Shown in pieces: positions 16,112 to 25,281 of a stretch of DNA of 32,198 nt. The notes beneath the pieces were generated by a model. That model did no database searches. It saw only the letters and a program-made list of their open reading frames with translations, and was not told the origin of the DNA. Within the stretch, counting starts at the first letter, position 1. Each line of letters starts with the position of its first letter. This stretch comes from an uncultured Acidimicrobiales bacterium (GTDB taxonomy: Bacteria; Actinomycetota; Acidimicrobiia; Acidimicrobiales; UBA10347): contig CALSSD010000001.1 in NCBI GenBank assembly GCA_943788915.1, positions 62,001 through 94,198 of the forward strand, in the 5' to 3' direction. The position numbers and the translations under genes are program-made.

Positions 16112-17248
16112 TTAGGCGCTGACCAGGTGATCCGCAGCGGTTCCGTCGGCTTGTTCGCCTTCATTGTCTCGGAAGAAACGGAAGTAGATGGCTAGACCGA
16201 TGACACCGAGCACAAACAGTTCACCAAGCACAGCCCACCGCAATGGATCAGTGAACCAATTGCCGATGCGAGCGGGGAATCCAACGATCGTGCGGATGAG
16301 AGGCAACACGAAAAGGTTGGCCCGTTCGCCGTTCCACGACTGCACAAACTCAAGGAGCGCCCAACTCACACCAAGAGCACCAATGGCGCCGTAGCGGGTT
16401 TCCTTGTTCATCTCTGACCACACGCCTCGGATAAGCGCTGCAGCAACCATCAATAACAGACCAGCACCCAGGCGGGTTGCACCGGTTTCGTTGATCCAGA
16501 TGTTGACCTGTGTCTGCATGTTTTCGAAGAAGGAAACGAGTGAGTTCTGCTGGATGTTGCCTCGCAACACTTGAATTTCCCACCAGCCGTACACGACCAA
16601 GTACGCACCTGAAAGCGTCAACAACACGCCACTGATGCGGTTCACCCACGGCAAGATCTTGCGCATATTGGTGGCGATCGAGGTCTTGGCCAAAGCGAGC
16701 GCCACCGTCAGGGTCATAATCACGGCTCCCATACCCAAGCCATAAGCCACAAAAACCGAGACACCGTCGATGAAACCGCCCGAGGTAAACACGTTCGAGA
16801 CACCAGCGATGAACAGGCCAACTGTGCAGCCCAGCGATACCACCGCATAACTGACGCCGAACAAGAACATGGAGACCACTTCGCCGGAGTCACCGCCCTT
16901 CTGCAACCGCGGCGTCGACAACTTGAGCTCAAAACCCTTGAGCATGGCGAAACCAAACGGAATCAGCAAGATGCCCAGACCGAACGTGACATACGGCGTG
17001 TAGTTGAGGACCGACCCGCTACTCAACAGGCTCGAGGTCAATATGCCAAATGCGCCGAACACAGCCACGAAACCTGCGGTCAACGCAAGTCCGACCTTAA
17101 GCGCACGCATGATGTTTCGGGCGGTGGATGTGTCGCTGTCCTTCCCAAGGAAGAACGAGACGTACACCGGAAGCATGGCAAAGCCGCAAGGATTAAAAGC
17201 AGCCACGAGTCCCAGCGTGAACGGGAAAGCAAGATCGGCACTAAACAT
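16112..17248 (-). CDS. ccdA: Cytochrome c biogenesis CcdA/DsbD-family membrane protein with a C-terminal membrane extension
   Basis: It has AFNPCGFAMLPVY and SLGCT (the two redox Cys) and multiple TM helices, and lies 3 bp downstream of a TlpA gene. Confidence 0.85.
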   Translation of the reverse strand: MFSADLAFPFTLGLVAAFNPCGFAMLPVYVSFFLGKDSDTSTARNIMRALKVGLALTAGFVAVFGAFGILTSSLLSSGSVLNYTPYVTFGLGILLIPFGFAMLKGFELKLSTPRLQKGGDSGEVVSMFLFGVSYAVVSLGCTVGLFIAGVSNVFTSGGFIDGVSVFVAYGLGMGAVIMTLTVALALAKTSIATNMRKILPWVNRISGVLLTLSGAYLVVYGWWEIQVLRGNIQQNSLVSFFENMQTQVNIWINETGATRLGAGLLLMVAAALIRGVWSEMNKETRYGAIGALGVSWALLEFVQSWNGERANLFVLPLIRTIVGFPARIGNWFTDPLRWAVLGELFVLGVIGLAIYFRFFRDNEGEQADGTAADHLVSA

Positions 17249-17251
17249 CGA

Positions 17252-17911
17252 CTACTCCGGAAGAAGGTTTTCGTTGATGAGGCGAGTGAGCTCATCTGCG
17301 GTCAGAACGCCAGCCCACGATCCGGCCACTTGGCCCTGTGCGTTCAGAAACACCGTGGTCGGCATAACAAAACCACCGAATTCACGAAACACCACCGACG
17401 TGGTGTCGTCAGCAAGCGGATAGGAAACACCCGTCTGGGCCGCCAACGCAACAGCAGCCTCGCGGCTGACATCAGCAGTATTCATGCCGACAAAGTCAAC
17501 ACGATCGCCGAGCGCGAGGTGCACTTCTTCAAAGTCGGGCATTTCGGCAACACATGCTGCACAGTTGCTAGCCCAAAAGTTCAGAACCGTTGGTCGACCC
17601 TTGAACTCGGCAGTCGAGGCCAACGTCCCATCGAAGTACTCGAATGGCACGATCGGCGTGAGTTCCAAACCATCAACCAGCGATGGAAGATCCGATTGTG
17701 GTTCGGCAGGGTCTCCTTCGAGGACATCTGGTGGTTTCACCAAGATGCCGCCGCCGTTCGTTTCGACGGGGTCCACCGCGGCTGCGGCTGCTGCGAGATC
17801 GTCATCACTGCCGCCACAAGCGGCCGCGAACAGGCTCAGAATAAGCGCTCCCGCGAACAGCCGGAGGGAAAGCCGGTTGCGGGAGTTGAAATTGTGGAGG
17901 GACAATCGCAT
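17252..17911 (-). CDS. TlpA/ResA-like thiol-disulfide oxidoreductase lipoprotein
   Basis: It has the lipobox FAAAC, VLNFWASNCAACVAEMP (CxxC) and MPTTVFLN (cis-Pro). Confidence 0.9.
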   Translation of the reverse strand: MRLSLHNFNSRNRLSLRLFAGALILSLFAAACGGSDDDLAAAAAAVDPVETNGGGILVKPPDVLEGDPAEPQSDLPSLVDGLELTPIVPFEYFDGTLASTAEFKGRPTVLNFWASNCAACVAEMPDFEEVHLALGDRVDFVGMNTADVSREAAVALAAQTGVSYPLADDTTSVVFREFGGFVMPTTVFLNAQGQVAGSWAGVLTADELTRLINENLLPE

Positions 17912-17974
17912 GTCTTCTCATTCCAGCACGAGACACGACAGTCTCGCAGCACAGTTCGGTGATGACATGGTTCA

Positions 17975-18001
17975 AACCCTTTGAGGACCTAAGGCAATTC
18001 C
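17975..18001 (-). promoter_or_regulatory. Possible SigR/SigH-type ECF promoter for tlpA-ccdA
   Basis: The minus strand reads GGAAT-N19-GTT about 64 nt upstream of the ATG. The motif is short and could occur by chance. Confidence 0.35.
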
Positions 18002-18189
18002 CCAAAAAGATGACGATCTACGAAACACAACCTTTCGGTCGCCTTTATCGCTGGTCCCCATCGGCCCTGCGCACGTCTGGTTCGTCGGCCGACTGCACCT
18101 GCATCTCGATCACAAGGAGCAGCGCAAGGAACAACACGATGAACCTCGCTACCGAGACACTGCAAACAACCTTTGCGCTCGATCAGCGG

Positions 18190-18816
18190 CTATTCGCTGG
18201 TCCAGGACTCGGCAGCTTCGGTTAGCCCATCGATGAGCGCCTGGACCTGCGGCGCACGGCCATGTGAGCCAAGATCACTCCAGTGTCGTCCCTTGCGGTT
18301 CCAGCGGACCGTAGCCGGCAGCTCGATCTGCACCCCCTGCGACGTTGGCAGGTTGACCGGATTCAATGGATGCATGCCAGCGAGCTCGCGGGGAAGATCA
18401 CCGGGACTATCGATGATGTGGTAGTCGGGAAGCCGCCGCCGGAGATGGCGAGCAACATGTTCGGCTAGTTCACGATTGCGGCCGCCAAGAAGAAGCGCGT
18501 GCCACAAACGTTTGCGGCCATACCCGTGGATGGTGACAACCGCGTCGACGTGGGAAACGAACTCGGCCAGTTTGGGCGATTCGGCTGGCGCAACCGTGTT
18601 CGACGGCAGGTGCACTACCGAATCCTCGTCGGTCTGGAGCACGCCGTAATACGAACAGCCAGATGCCCGAGCTGCCGAGCTCGCGATGACATCGGTGACT
18701 TTTTCGAGTTGGCCGCCGTGATAGGCCATAAAACCTAACCGAGGCGAACGTAGCTCGCAGACTTCGGTGACGTTGGCCTGGGCCAGTAATTCACCGAAGC
18801 CGGGTTTGGCTCTCAT
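18190..18816 (-). CDS. Poly-gamma-glutamate hydrolase family protein (YjqB/DUF867-like)
   Basis: Motifs are MAYHGGQLEKVT, VTIHGY, LLGGRN, LAGMHPLNPVN and GVQIEL. The start overlaps the E2 stop (ATGA). Confidence 0.8.
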   Translation of the reverse strand: MRAKPGFGELLAQANVTEVCELRSPRLGFMAYHGGQLEKVTDVIASSAARASGCSYYGVLQTDEDSVVHLPSNTVAPAESPKLAEFVSHVDAVVTIHGYGRKRLWHALLLGGRNRELAEHVARHLRRRLPDYHIIDSPGDLPRELAGMHPLNPVNLPTSQGVQIELPATVRWNRKGRHWSDLGSHGRAPQVQALIDGLTEAAESWTSE

Positions 18817-20492
18817 GTGTTCAGTTGTGCCGGGTTTTCGAGGTATCGAACGATTGATTGCGCAAACTCCGCCGCTGGGGCCCCATCAAATGCCCGGTGA
18901 TCCCAGGTGAGGCTCAATGTCATGACTGTCCTAGGAGATGCTAGGCCGTCTTCCCATCGGGTCTCTGTACGCAACCGGCCAACTCCGAGAATTGCCGTAT
19001 TTGGTGGATTGATCACCGGCGTGAACATATCGACGCCATACATGCCAAGAGCAGTGACCGAGAAGGTGCCACCCTCGAGTTCGTTCAACGTGAGTTTGCC
19101 ATCGCGAGCACGGACCGCAAGATCAGCCACCGAGGTGTGCAGCTCATCGACTGGTACGGAGTTTGCATTCTCGATGACGGGGACGATCAGGCCACCGTCG
19201 ACTGCCACTGCCACGCCAAGGTGCACATGGGGTAGGTAGGCGACACCATCGGGGGTGACCTGGCTGTTTACGTATGGATGGTCGACCAGCGCCCGAGCCG
19301 CCGCTGCAACAACCCACGCGGTGTAACCCGGCACGGTCTGTTCAGCAGCTTTGAGCCGCTCCCGTTCGGAGTTCACTGCAGCCATGTCGGCATCGAGGCT
19401 CAAGGTGAGCTGGGCCATCTCGGTGAGAGACGAATGCATACGCTCGGCGATGACCCCCCGCATGCCACGCAGCGGCACCATCTTTGATGGTTCTTGCAGC
19501 ACCAGCATGGCTGGAGCAGCTTCAGGCTCGACATCGGTCGCAGCAGGGGTCGCTTCGGTTGATGCGAGTCGTGCCCGCACGTACGCGGCGACATCCTCGC
19601 GGGTGACCCGAGCACCGGGCACCGTTGGCACGAGACGCAGGTCAATGCCCAGAAGCTCGGCCAGCATGCGACCACCGCCGGTGGCCGCAACAGGTGCCGC
19701 AACCGATGTGGTGCCCACCGCGACGCCAGCGACACCGGCGACTGCAGCGGGAGGAGAAACGGAAGCCGTCGGCGCTACAGGAGCAGCAACTGGTGCGTCG
19801 GCGAAACGAGCGACATCGTCGGCGACGATGCGTCCGCCGGGGCCCGTGCCCACGATTTCGGCAAGGTCGACATTGCGATCTCGAGCAGCTGCCCGGGCCA
19901 TCGGTGATGCAAGGATGCGGTCACCCTCGCCCACAGCCGCTGTCGCACCATTGGTAGAAGCAGGCGCAGCAGCAAGGGCCTCGACTCGAGTGACGACATC
20001 GGCCGCGACAATGCGACCGTTGGGGCCGGTACCGGCAATGTGGGCCAGCTCTACGCCAGCGTTTCGCGCGGCTGCACGAGCCATCGGCGACGCAAGGATG
20101 CGCCCGCCCTGGCCTCGGGTTGCGATGTCTTCGTCCGCAGGGGCAGTAGCCCCTAGTGCAGCACGAGGTGCTGGGGCACCCCCAGAAAGTGGTGCAGAAG
20201 TTGTAGCACCCGCGTGTGCCCCGGCCGGAGCTTGGGCCGCCGCTGCAGGGACTTCGCCCTCGCCGAGCAGGGTGCCGATGACTGCGCCGCATGCATAGTT
20301 CTCGCCAACAACACCGCTGATCGACAACACACCGGCTTCGCGAGCCTCGACTTCGGTCTCGACCTTGTCAGTCTCGATCACCAGTACTGCATCGCCTACG
20401 TTGACCTTGCTTCCGTCGGCTACCAGCCATTCGCGGATGGTGCCGTCGGTCATCGTGAGCCCAAGTTTGGGCATGGTGAACTCGTGCGCCAT
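18813..20492 (-). CDS. Dihydrolipoamide acyltransferase E2 (AcoC/PdhC-like)
   Basis: It has a lipoyl domain (MPKLG..ETDKVETEV), peripheral-subunit-binding domains (GTGPxGRI) and the catalytic DHRAFDG. Confidence 0.95.
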   Translation of the reverse strand: MAHEFTMPKLGLTMTDGTIREWLVADGSKVNVGDAVLVIETDKVETEVEAREAGVLSISGVVGENYACGAVIGTLLGEGEVPAAAAQAPAGAHAGATTSAPLSGGAPAPRAALGATAPADEDIATRGQGGRILASPMARAAARNAGVELAHIAGTGPNGRIVAADVVTRVEALAAAPASTNGATAAVGEGDRILASPMARAAARDRNVDLAEIVGTGPGGRIVADDVARFADAPVAAPVAPTASVSPPAAVAGVAGVAVGTTSVAAPVAATGGGRMLAELLGIDLRLVPTVPGARVTREDVAAYVRARLASTEATPAATDVEPEAAPAMLVLQEPSKMVPLRGMRGVIAERMHSSLTEMAQLTLSLDADMAAVNSERERLKAAEQTVPGYTAWVVAAAARALVDHPYVNSQVTPDGVAYLPHVHLGVAVAVDGGLIVPVIENANSVPVDELHTSVADLAVRARDGKLTLNELEGGTFSVTALGMYGVDMFTPVINPPNTAILGVGRLRTETRWEDGLASPRTVMTLSLTWDHRAFDGAPAAEFAQSIVRYLENPAQLNT

Positions 20493-20494
20493 AG

Positions 20495-21493
20495 TCAGGA
20501 CTCCTCGTTAACTTCTGTATAGAAGTGGCCACGTCGCACGGCCAGAGAAAAGGTGCGACGGATGTCAATGACCCGAGGACCGTTACGTCGCAACGTCATT
20601 GATGCCCATTGGCCGTCTTCGAGCGCGCCAGCTCGTTCACCGTCGACGGCGAAGACCGCGGGCCCCCGCGCGGTGACGCCTTGTTCAGCCTCGACCACCG
20701 AGACCGATTGCAGCCCGGCCTCGACATAGTGGCCGGGCGCGATTGGCGCACGAACACGCTGTGATGCGCTGGGGTCGAGATCCAGGAGTACGCCCCGGTC
20801 GTCGGTGCGGCTGGTGGGGGCGACCAAGCCGGCAAACGCAGACAAGCCGATCGACCACGGTTCGGCCACCGCGGTGAAGATCTGCTCGACCCCGTCGAGC
20901 GACCACAGACTGGGGCTGCCGCCGGTATCGCCTCGGATCACAGCCACGTCGATCAGCGCCAAATCAGCGGGGACACCTTCGACATCGATATCGATGACCA
21001 GCGACTGGTACGCGATGAGATCGTCGAGTGGCACTCCCCCGGCAGCTGCAAGACCGGCGGCTGCGCCCGCGACCGTTGGTTCAATCATTTGCGGGTATGC
21101 GTTATTCGTGCCGCCAGCGACCGCAACGATGGGGGCATCTCTCCAGCCTCGGGCCACCTGGCGGTGAGTTCCGTCGCCGCCGTACACGGCCAGTACATCG
21201 GCCGAGCGTTCCTTCATTGCTATCGCAGCCCGTGCGGTGTCACCGCCGGAGCCATCGACGTCGAAATCGAGGAGTTCGACCGGCAGATCAAGCCCCGAGA
21301 TCGCCCGTTCACCAAGTCCATGGAGGTCCCGAGCCAATAACACCAACTCGGCACCGCCTTCGACTGCACCCACAATCAGCCGACGGACGTCGGCGATACG
21401 GCTGGTGTCGTTCGGTGCAGACGCGTGAGCTACGAGCCGCCTGATGTCCTTGCCCGATCGCGGATTCGTGATGACGCCAACCGTCGTTGCCAT
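20495..21493 (-). CDS. acoX: ATP-NAD kinase-like acetoin catabolism protein AcoX
   Basis: Motifs are GVITNPRSGKDIRRLVAHAS, GGDGTHR, GGTNNAYP and AVDGER, and it is adjacent to an E2 gene. Confidence 0.8.
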   Translation of the reverse strand: MATTVGVITNPRSGKDIRRLVAHASAPNDTSRIADVRRLIVGAVEGGAELVLLARDLHGLGERAISGLDLPVELLDFDVDGSGGDTARAAIAMKERSADVLAVYGGDGTHRQVARGWRDAPIVAVAGGTNNAYPQMIEPTVAGAAAGLAAAGGVPLDDLIAYQSLVIDIDVEGVPADLALIDVAVIRGDTGGSPSLWSLDGVEQIFTAVAEPWSIGLSAFAGLVAPTSRTDDRGVLLDLDPSASQRVRAPIAPGHYVEAGLQSVSVVEAEQGVTARGPAVFAVDGERAGALEDGQWASMTLRRNGPRVIDIRRTFSLAVRRGHFYTEVNEES

Positions 21494-21785
21494 CAGCCGC
21501 GATTCCATTCGTAGGGGTACAACATGTCGAGGGCCACCGTACCAATCGCACGCTCACGGACTCGAACTGGACCTCAACCGCGCCAGCTACTTCATCCGGT
21601 GCGCGCTCAGACGAGCAAGTGCGACAAGCTATCGAGGCGATCGATGGGTCAGGTAACGGGACAAAACCCTGGTAGCACACGCCTGAACCCTGCTTCTTGC
21701 GCTGTTACATACTCGGGCGATATGTAAGGATCAGTAGCCGTATGTGTGCAACGCTGCACACCGCTGCAAACACGAGGAGACTCCT

Positions 21786-22982
21786 ATGGCACGGTTCGAC
21801 GAGGCACGACTCGACCGTATTGGCGCCGTTGGCCGCAGATACGTAGACGAGGCAAAGATCCCGTGTTCGGTCGTCCAAGTCGCTGATGCCAGCGGCCCGG
21901 TCTACACCGACGCTTACGGCTGGGCCGATGTCGAGGACCAGGCTCCAATCACGGTCGACAGCATCTTTCGGATCTATTCAATGACCAAACCGATCACATC
22001 GATCGTGTTGATGCAGCTCTTCGAAGAGGGCGCACTGCTCCTCGAGGATCCAGTCGAAAAGTTCCTACCAGAATTCGCAAATCCGACAGTGATGGTCGGT
22101 GGCAACGACGTCTCCCCGGTGACCCGTCCCGCGGCCCGGTCGATAACGATCCGCGACCTCTTGTCGCATTGTTCAGGACTGACCTATGGGTTCCTGCGCC
22201 AAGGACCGGTCGACGCTCGTTATCGAGCAGAAGGCCTGGGTGACATCAACGCGCCTGACTATTCATTACGTGAGGGCATGAAAAGCCTCGCCAAGCAGCC
22301 GCTACTGTTCGACCCGGGCACCGCATGGAACTATTCGATGTCCACCGATGTGTGCGGCGCCGTGATCGAGGCAATCACCGGATCCACATTGGCGCAGGCA
22401 TTCGCAGAACGAGTCTTTGACCCGCTGTCCATGCTCAACACCGGGTTCAGTGTGCCCAGCACCGAAGCAGAACGTTTCACCTCGTTGTATGCCCCGATCT
22501 CGGGATCCATGACACGTATCGACCGAGCCGGCTCCAGTGCCTACCTCGAACCGCCGGCATTCTTGTCAGGCGGCGGCGGCCTCGTTTCCACTCTTGGCGA
22601 CTACCAGAAGTTTGCATCCATGTTGCTGGCCGGCGGTGTCGGCGACGGCAACCGACTCATTGGCCGCCGCACGCTCGAATACATGGCGAGTAATCACTTG
22701 CCCGGAGGCCGACTCCTGAACGAACTCGGCCAGTCTGTGTTCGCTGAAGTTGCCATGGACGGCATGGGCTTCGGACTGGGTTTCTCGGTTGTCGAGGATC
22801 CTGCAGCGAACGGCAGCTTGTGCTCGGTAGGTGAATTCGCGTGGGGTGGTGCAGCAAGCACTGCGTTCTGGGTCGATCCCGTCGAAGAGATCACCGCGGT
22901 ATTCATGACTCAGCTGTTGCCGTCGAGCTACTACCCGCTCCGGCGCCAACTTCGGGCCGCCGTGTATCAGGCATTGCTCTAG
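21786..22982 (+). CDS. Serine hydrolase, beta-lactamase/esterase family (class C-like)
   Basis: An RBS GAGGAG precedes the start. Motifs are FRIYSMTK (SxxK), LLSHCSG, PGTAWNYS and WGGAAST.FWVDP. Confidence 0.92.
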   Translation: MARFDEARLDRIGAVGRRYVDEAKIPCSVVQVADASGPVYTDAYGWADVEDQAPITVDSIFRIYSMTKPITSIVLMQLFEEGALLLEDPVEKFLPEFANPTVMVGGNDVSPVTRPAARSITIRDLLSHCSGLTYGFLRQGPVDARYRAEGLGDINAPDYSLREGMKSLAKQPLLFDPGTAWNYSMSTDVCGAVIEAITGSTLAQAFAERVFDPLSMLNTGFSVPSTEAERFTSLYAPISGSMTRIDRAGSSAYLEPPAFLSGGGGLVSTLGDYQKFASMLLAGGVGDGNRLIGRRTLEYMASNHLPGGRLLNELGQSVFAEVAMDGMGFGLGFSVVEDPAANGSLCSVGEFAWGGAASTAFWVDPVEEITAVFMTQLLPSSYYPLRRQLRAAVYQALL

Positions 22983-23015
22983 TGGTCGGGCCTAACAGCC
23001 AGCCCAGCGGTTGGC

Positions 23016-23357
23016 TCAGCCTGCACTCTCAGCGTTGCGGTGCAGAATTGCGTGCGTCGCCTCGATCGAGGCATAACCGAGACCGTCCTCGTTCACGTCG
23101 ACGACAATCGCTGTGCCGTCGATGATCAGATTGAAATCATCGTGTGACGCGGGCGGCCACAACAGGGCTACCAATGGCTGCGCCTCGATGTTGCGCATTG
23201 TCTTTCGACCAGCCGGAGCGCGCAGGGTCACACCGTCGAGCTCAAACCTGACCTGCGTGGTATGGGGCCGACCATCCGGCCCCGTCGTCACCAGATACCC
23301 GGCGCCACGCGACGTCACGTGTTCGGCTAGATCTGCGAGTTCTACCTTGATGCTCAT
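23016..23357 (-). CDS. Pyridoxamine 5'-phosphate oxidase-like (split-barrel) protein
   Basis: Motifs are YLVTTGPDGRPH, GRKTMRNI..VALLWPP and LIIDGTA. A TAGGCT -10 box lies 6 nt before the ATG. Confidence 0.82.
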   Translation of the reverse strand: MSIKVELADLAEHVTSRGAGYLVTTGPDGRPHTTQVRFELDGVTLRAPAGRKTMRNIEAQPLVALLWPPASHDDFNLIIDGTAIVVDVNEDGLGYASIEATHAILHRNAESAG

Positions 23358-23497
23358 AGACCGAGCCTAGGACCTTGTTCCATCGGCCGCCGAGCGGCGA
23401 AACGTACACCAAGTGGCCCAGCGGCCGTGTGGCCGTGTGGACAGGCAAGCGCGCCGGCCCCAACTTTCGTTGCCTCCTCGTACACCTCGCATCCAGA

Positions 23498-24571
23498 TCA
23501 GAGTGGCGGTTCGGGGCGAGAACCTGGTTCGGCCGCTACCACCGGCGGCTCGGGAGCCACATCGCTCAGCCGCCATGCGAGATACGCATGGAAGTCGCCA
23601 AGGGCTCGCTCCAGTTCTAGAAGGGGGCCAGGACGCCAACGGGCCGAAACGTTTCGCTGCACCTGCTCACAGATCGCACGGTCCTCGTCGATGAAGGAAG
23701 CGTCCCAGCCCGGCAGGCTCACAACCGTGCCGGCGTCGGACTCTTCGCCTGCAACGCCGGTCGTGACCTCGGTGCGCCCCACGGTGAGCGGCCGGACCGA
23801 CTGCCACACCAACGCGTCGGGATAGATCACCGCAACGAACGATGGCGGCAATGAGACCACAAGATGATCTGCCCGTTCCATGGACTCGCCGCCGGTGACC
23901 GTAGCTCTGGCCGAACCAGCCAGGTAGTACGAACCATCGGTGGGGCTTACCGGTTCGACCGTTTCAGCATGCACCCGGAAATGACTGTAACTATCCAGCG
24001 CATTCCCAAAAATCAGCTTCCAGTTCGCGTCCCACTGCTCCGACATCGTGGCCGCCACATCGTGATGCAGCCGGTCGAGACCCAACGGTTTGATGTACGG
24101 CTCGACGGCCGCCACTCGTGTGCTCAGTGGTTCGACATCTGGATTTAGGCTGACAAAGACCAGACCATGCCACGTCTCCACCAGGAACGACTCCAGTCCA
24201 TGGTCGGCGTGGCCGACCTCGGCGGGTAGCGCATACGGCACGCTGAGCAAGTCGCCCTCGAGGCCATACGTCCAGGCATGGTAGGGACACGAGAAACGAG
24301 ACAACCGGCCTGCACAGTCAACAAGGGGGGTGCCTCGGTGGGAACACACGTTGGCCAGGGCCCGGATCTGGAAGTCGTCGCCTCGAACCATAAGTACCGG
24401 CTGACGCCCGATCATCACCGGCACATGTTCGCCCGGCTCTGCCACTGCGTCGACCGTGCACGCAAAGACCCAGTCCTGATGCCAGATGTCGGCAATCTCC
24501 AACTCGAACACTGCCTCGTCACCAAAGAGGTCCACGGGCAGTGCGGTGGCGCGTTCTATTCGATTCGGCAC
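23498..24571 (-). CDS. Rieske aromatic-ring-hydroxylating oxygenase alpha subunit (start approximate)
   Basis: It has the Rieske motif NVCSHRG..CPYHAWTY and the catalytic-domain motifs ANWKL and DEDRAICEQVQ. Confidence 0.88.
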   Translation of the reverse strand: MPNRIERATALPVDLFGDEAVFELEIADIWHQDWVFACTVDAVAEPGEHVPVMIGRQPVLMVRGDDFQIRALANVCSHRGTPLVDCAGRLSRFSCPYHAWTYGLEGDLLSVPYALPAEVGHADHGLESFLVETWHGLVFVSLNPDVEPLSTRVAAVEPYIKPLGLDRLHHDVAATMSEQWDANWKLIFGNALDSYSHFRVHAETVEPVSPTDGSYYLAGSARATVTGGESMERADHLVVSLPPSFVAVIYPDALVWQSVRPLTVGRTEVTTGVAGEESDAGTVVSLPGWDASFIDEDRAICEQVQRNVSARWRPGPLLELERALGDFHAYLAWRLSDVAPEPPVVAAEPGSRPEPPL

Positions 24572-24602
24572 CAATTTCTCGCTTCGTGTTCCGGCTCTCG
24601 AC

Positions 24603-25238
24603 CTACCACTCGTTCCAGTGAACAAGGTTTTCGGTTGGCTGACGTTTCGCCAACTTGAACTCGGTGCCCACGGTGTAGGCCACGGGGAACAACCCGGCCT
24701 GAGTCCAGTTATCGAAGTCAATGCCGAGCAAGTCAGCCACTTCTTTCTCGCGAGGCAGGTGCAATGTGGTCCAGGCCGAACCCATACCTTTGCTGCGCAG
24801 CGCCATCATGAAGCTCCACGCCGCAGGAAGGATCGAGCCCCACGCGGATGCCTGGCGGAAGCTGTCGGCGCCTTCGAGCCGGCCAGCATGCAACGGGATC
24901 ACTAGTGCAGGTACGTCTTGCAGAATCTCAGCGAGGTGATCCGCCGAGTCGGCAATGCGATCGGACTGAGCGTCGCCCTCGGACAGCTTGGACTTCTGTT
25001 CGCGGTACGGGTAGTAGATGTCCCGATAATGATCGGCAATCACCTGTTTCTTTGCCGGGTCATCCACGATCATCCATGACCAACCCTGAGCGTTTGAACC
25101 GGTAGGAGCCTGGAGCGCCATCTCGATGCAGTCGGTGATCGTCTCCCGGGCCACTGGTCGTTCCAGATCAAGCCGTTTGCGCACCGACCGGGTCGTGGTC
25201 AGCACTTCTTCGGCAGTAAGTCCAATACTCTCGCTCAT
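24603..25238 (-). CDS. Nitroreductase family protein
   Basis: Motifs are LTTTRSVRKRLD, QAPTGSNAQGW and ALRSKGMGSAWTT, with an RBS GAGGG. Confidence 0.9.
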   Translation of the reverse strand: MSESIGLTAEEVLTTTRSVRKRLDLERPVARETITDCIEMALQAPTGSNAQGWSWMIVDDPAKKQVIADHYRDIYYPYREQKSKLSEGDAQSDRIADSADHLAEILQDVPALVIPLHAGRLEGADSFRQASAWGSILPAAWSFMMALRSKGMGSAWTTLHLPREKEVADLLGIDFDNWTQAGLFPVAYTVGTEFKLAKRQPTENLVHWNEW

Positions 25239-25281
25239 TGTTCCCTCGTTGCTCTCGCTGTGGCCGTTGACCGGCGCCACG

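Noticed and set aside
18045..18165. Short hydrophobic minus-strand reading (VARFIVLFLALLLVIEMQ..)
   Set aside because: There is no convincing start codon or RBS.
18190..18816. Prophage marker (this family is often labelled phage replication protein)
   Set aside because: No other phage genes, integrase or att sites are nearby.
21500..21730. Short overlapping ORFs between acoX and the serine hydrolase
   Set aside because: They have no motifs. This is more likely a divergent promoter region or an unrecognisable remnant.
21786..22982. Beta-lactamase resistance gene call (also considered for the MBL-fold gene 13855..14934)
   Set aside because: Neither has a signal peptide, and both fit broad cytoplasmic hydrolase families, so resistance cannot be inferred.
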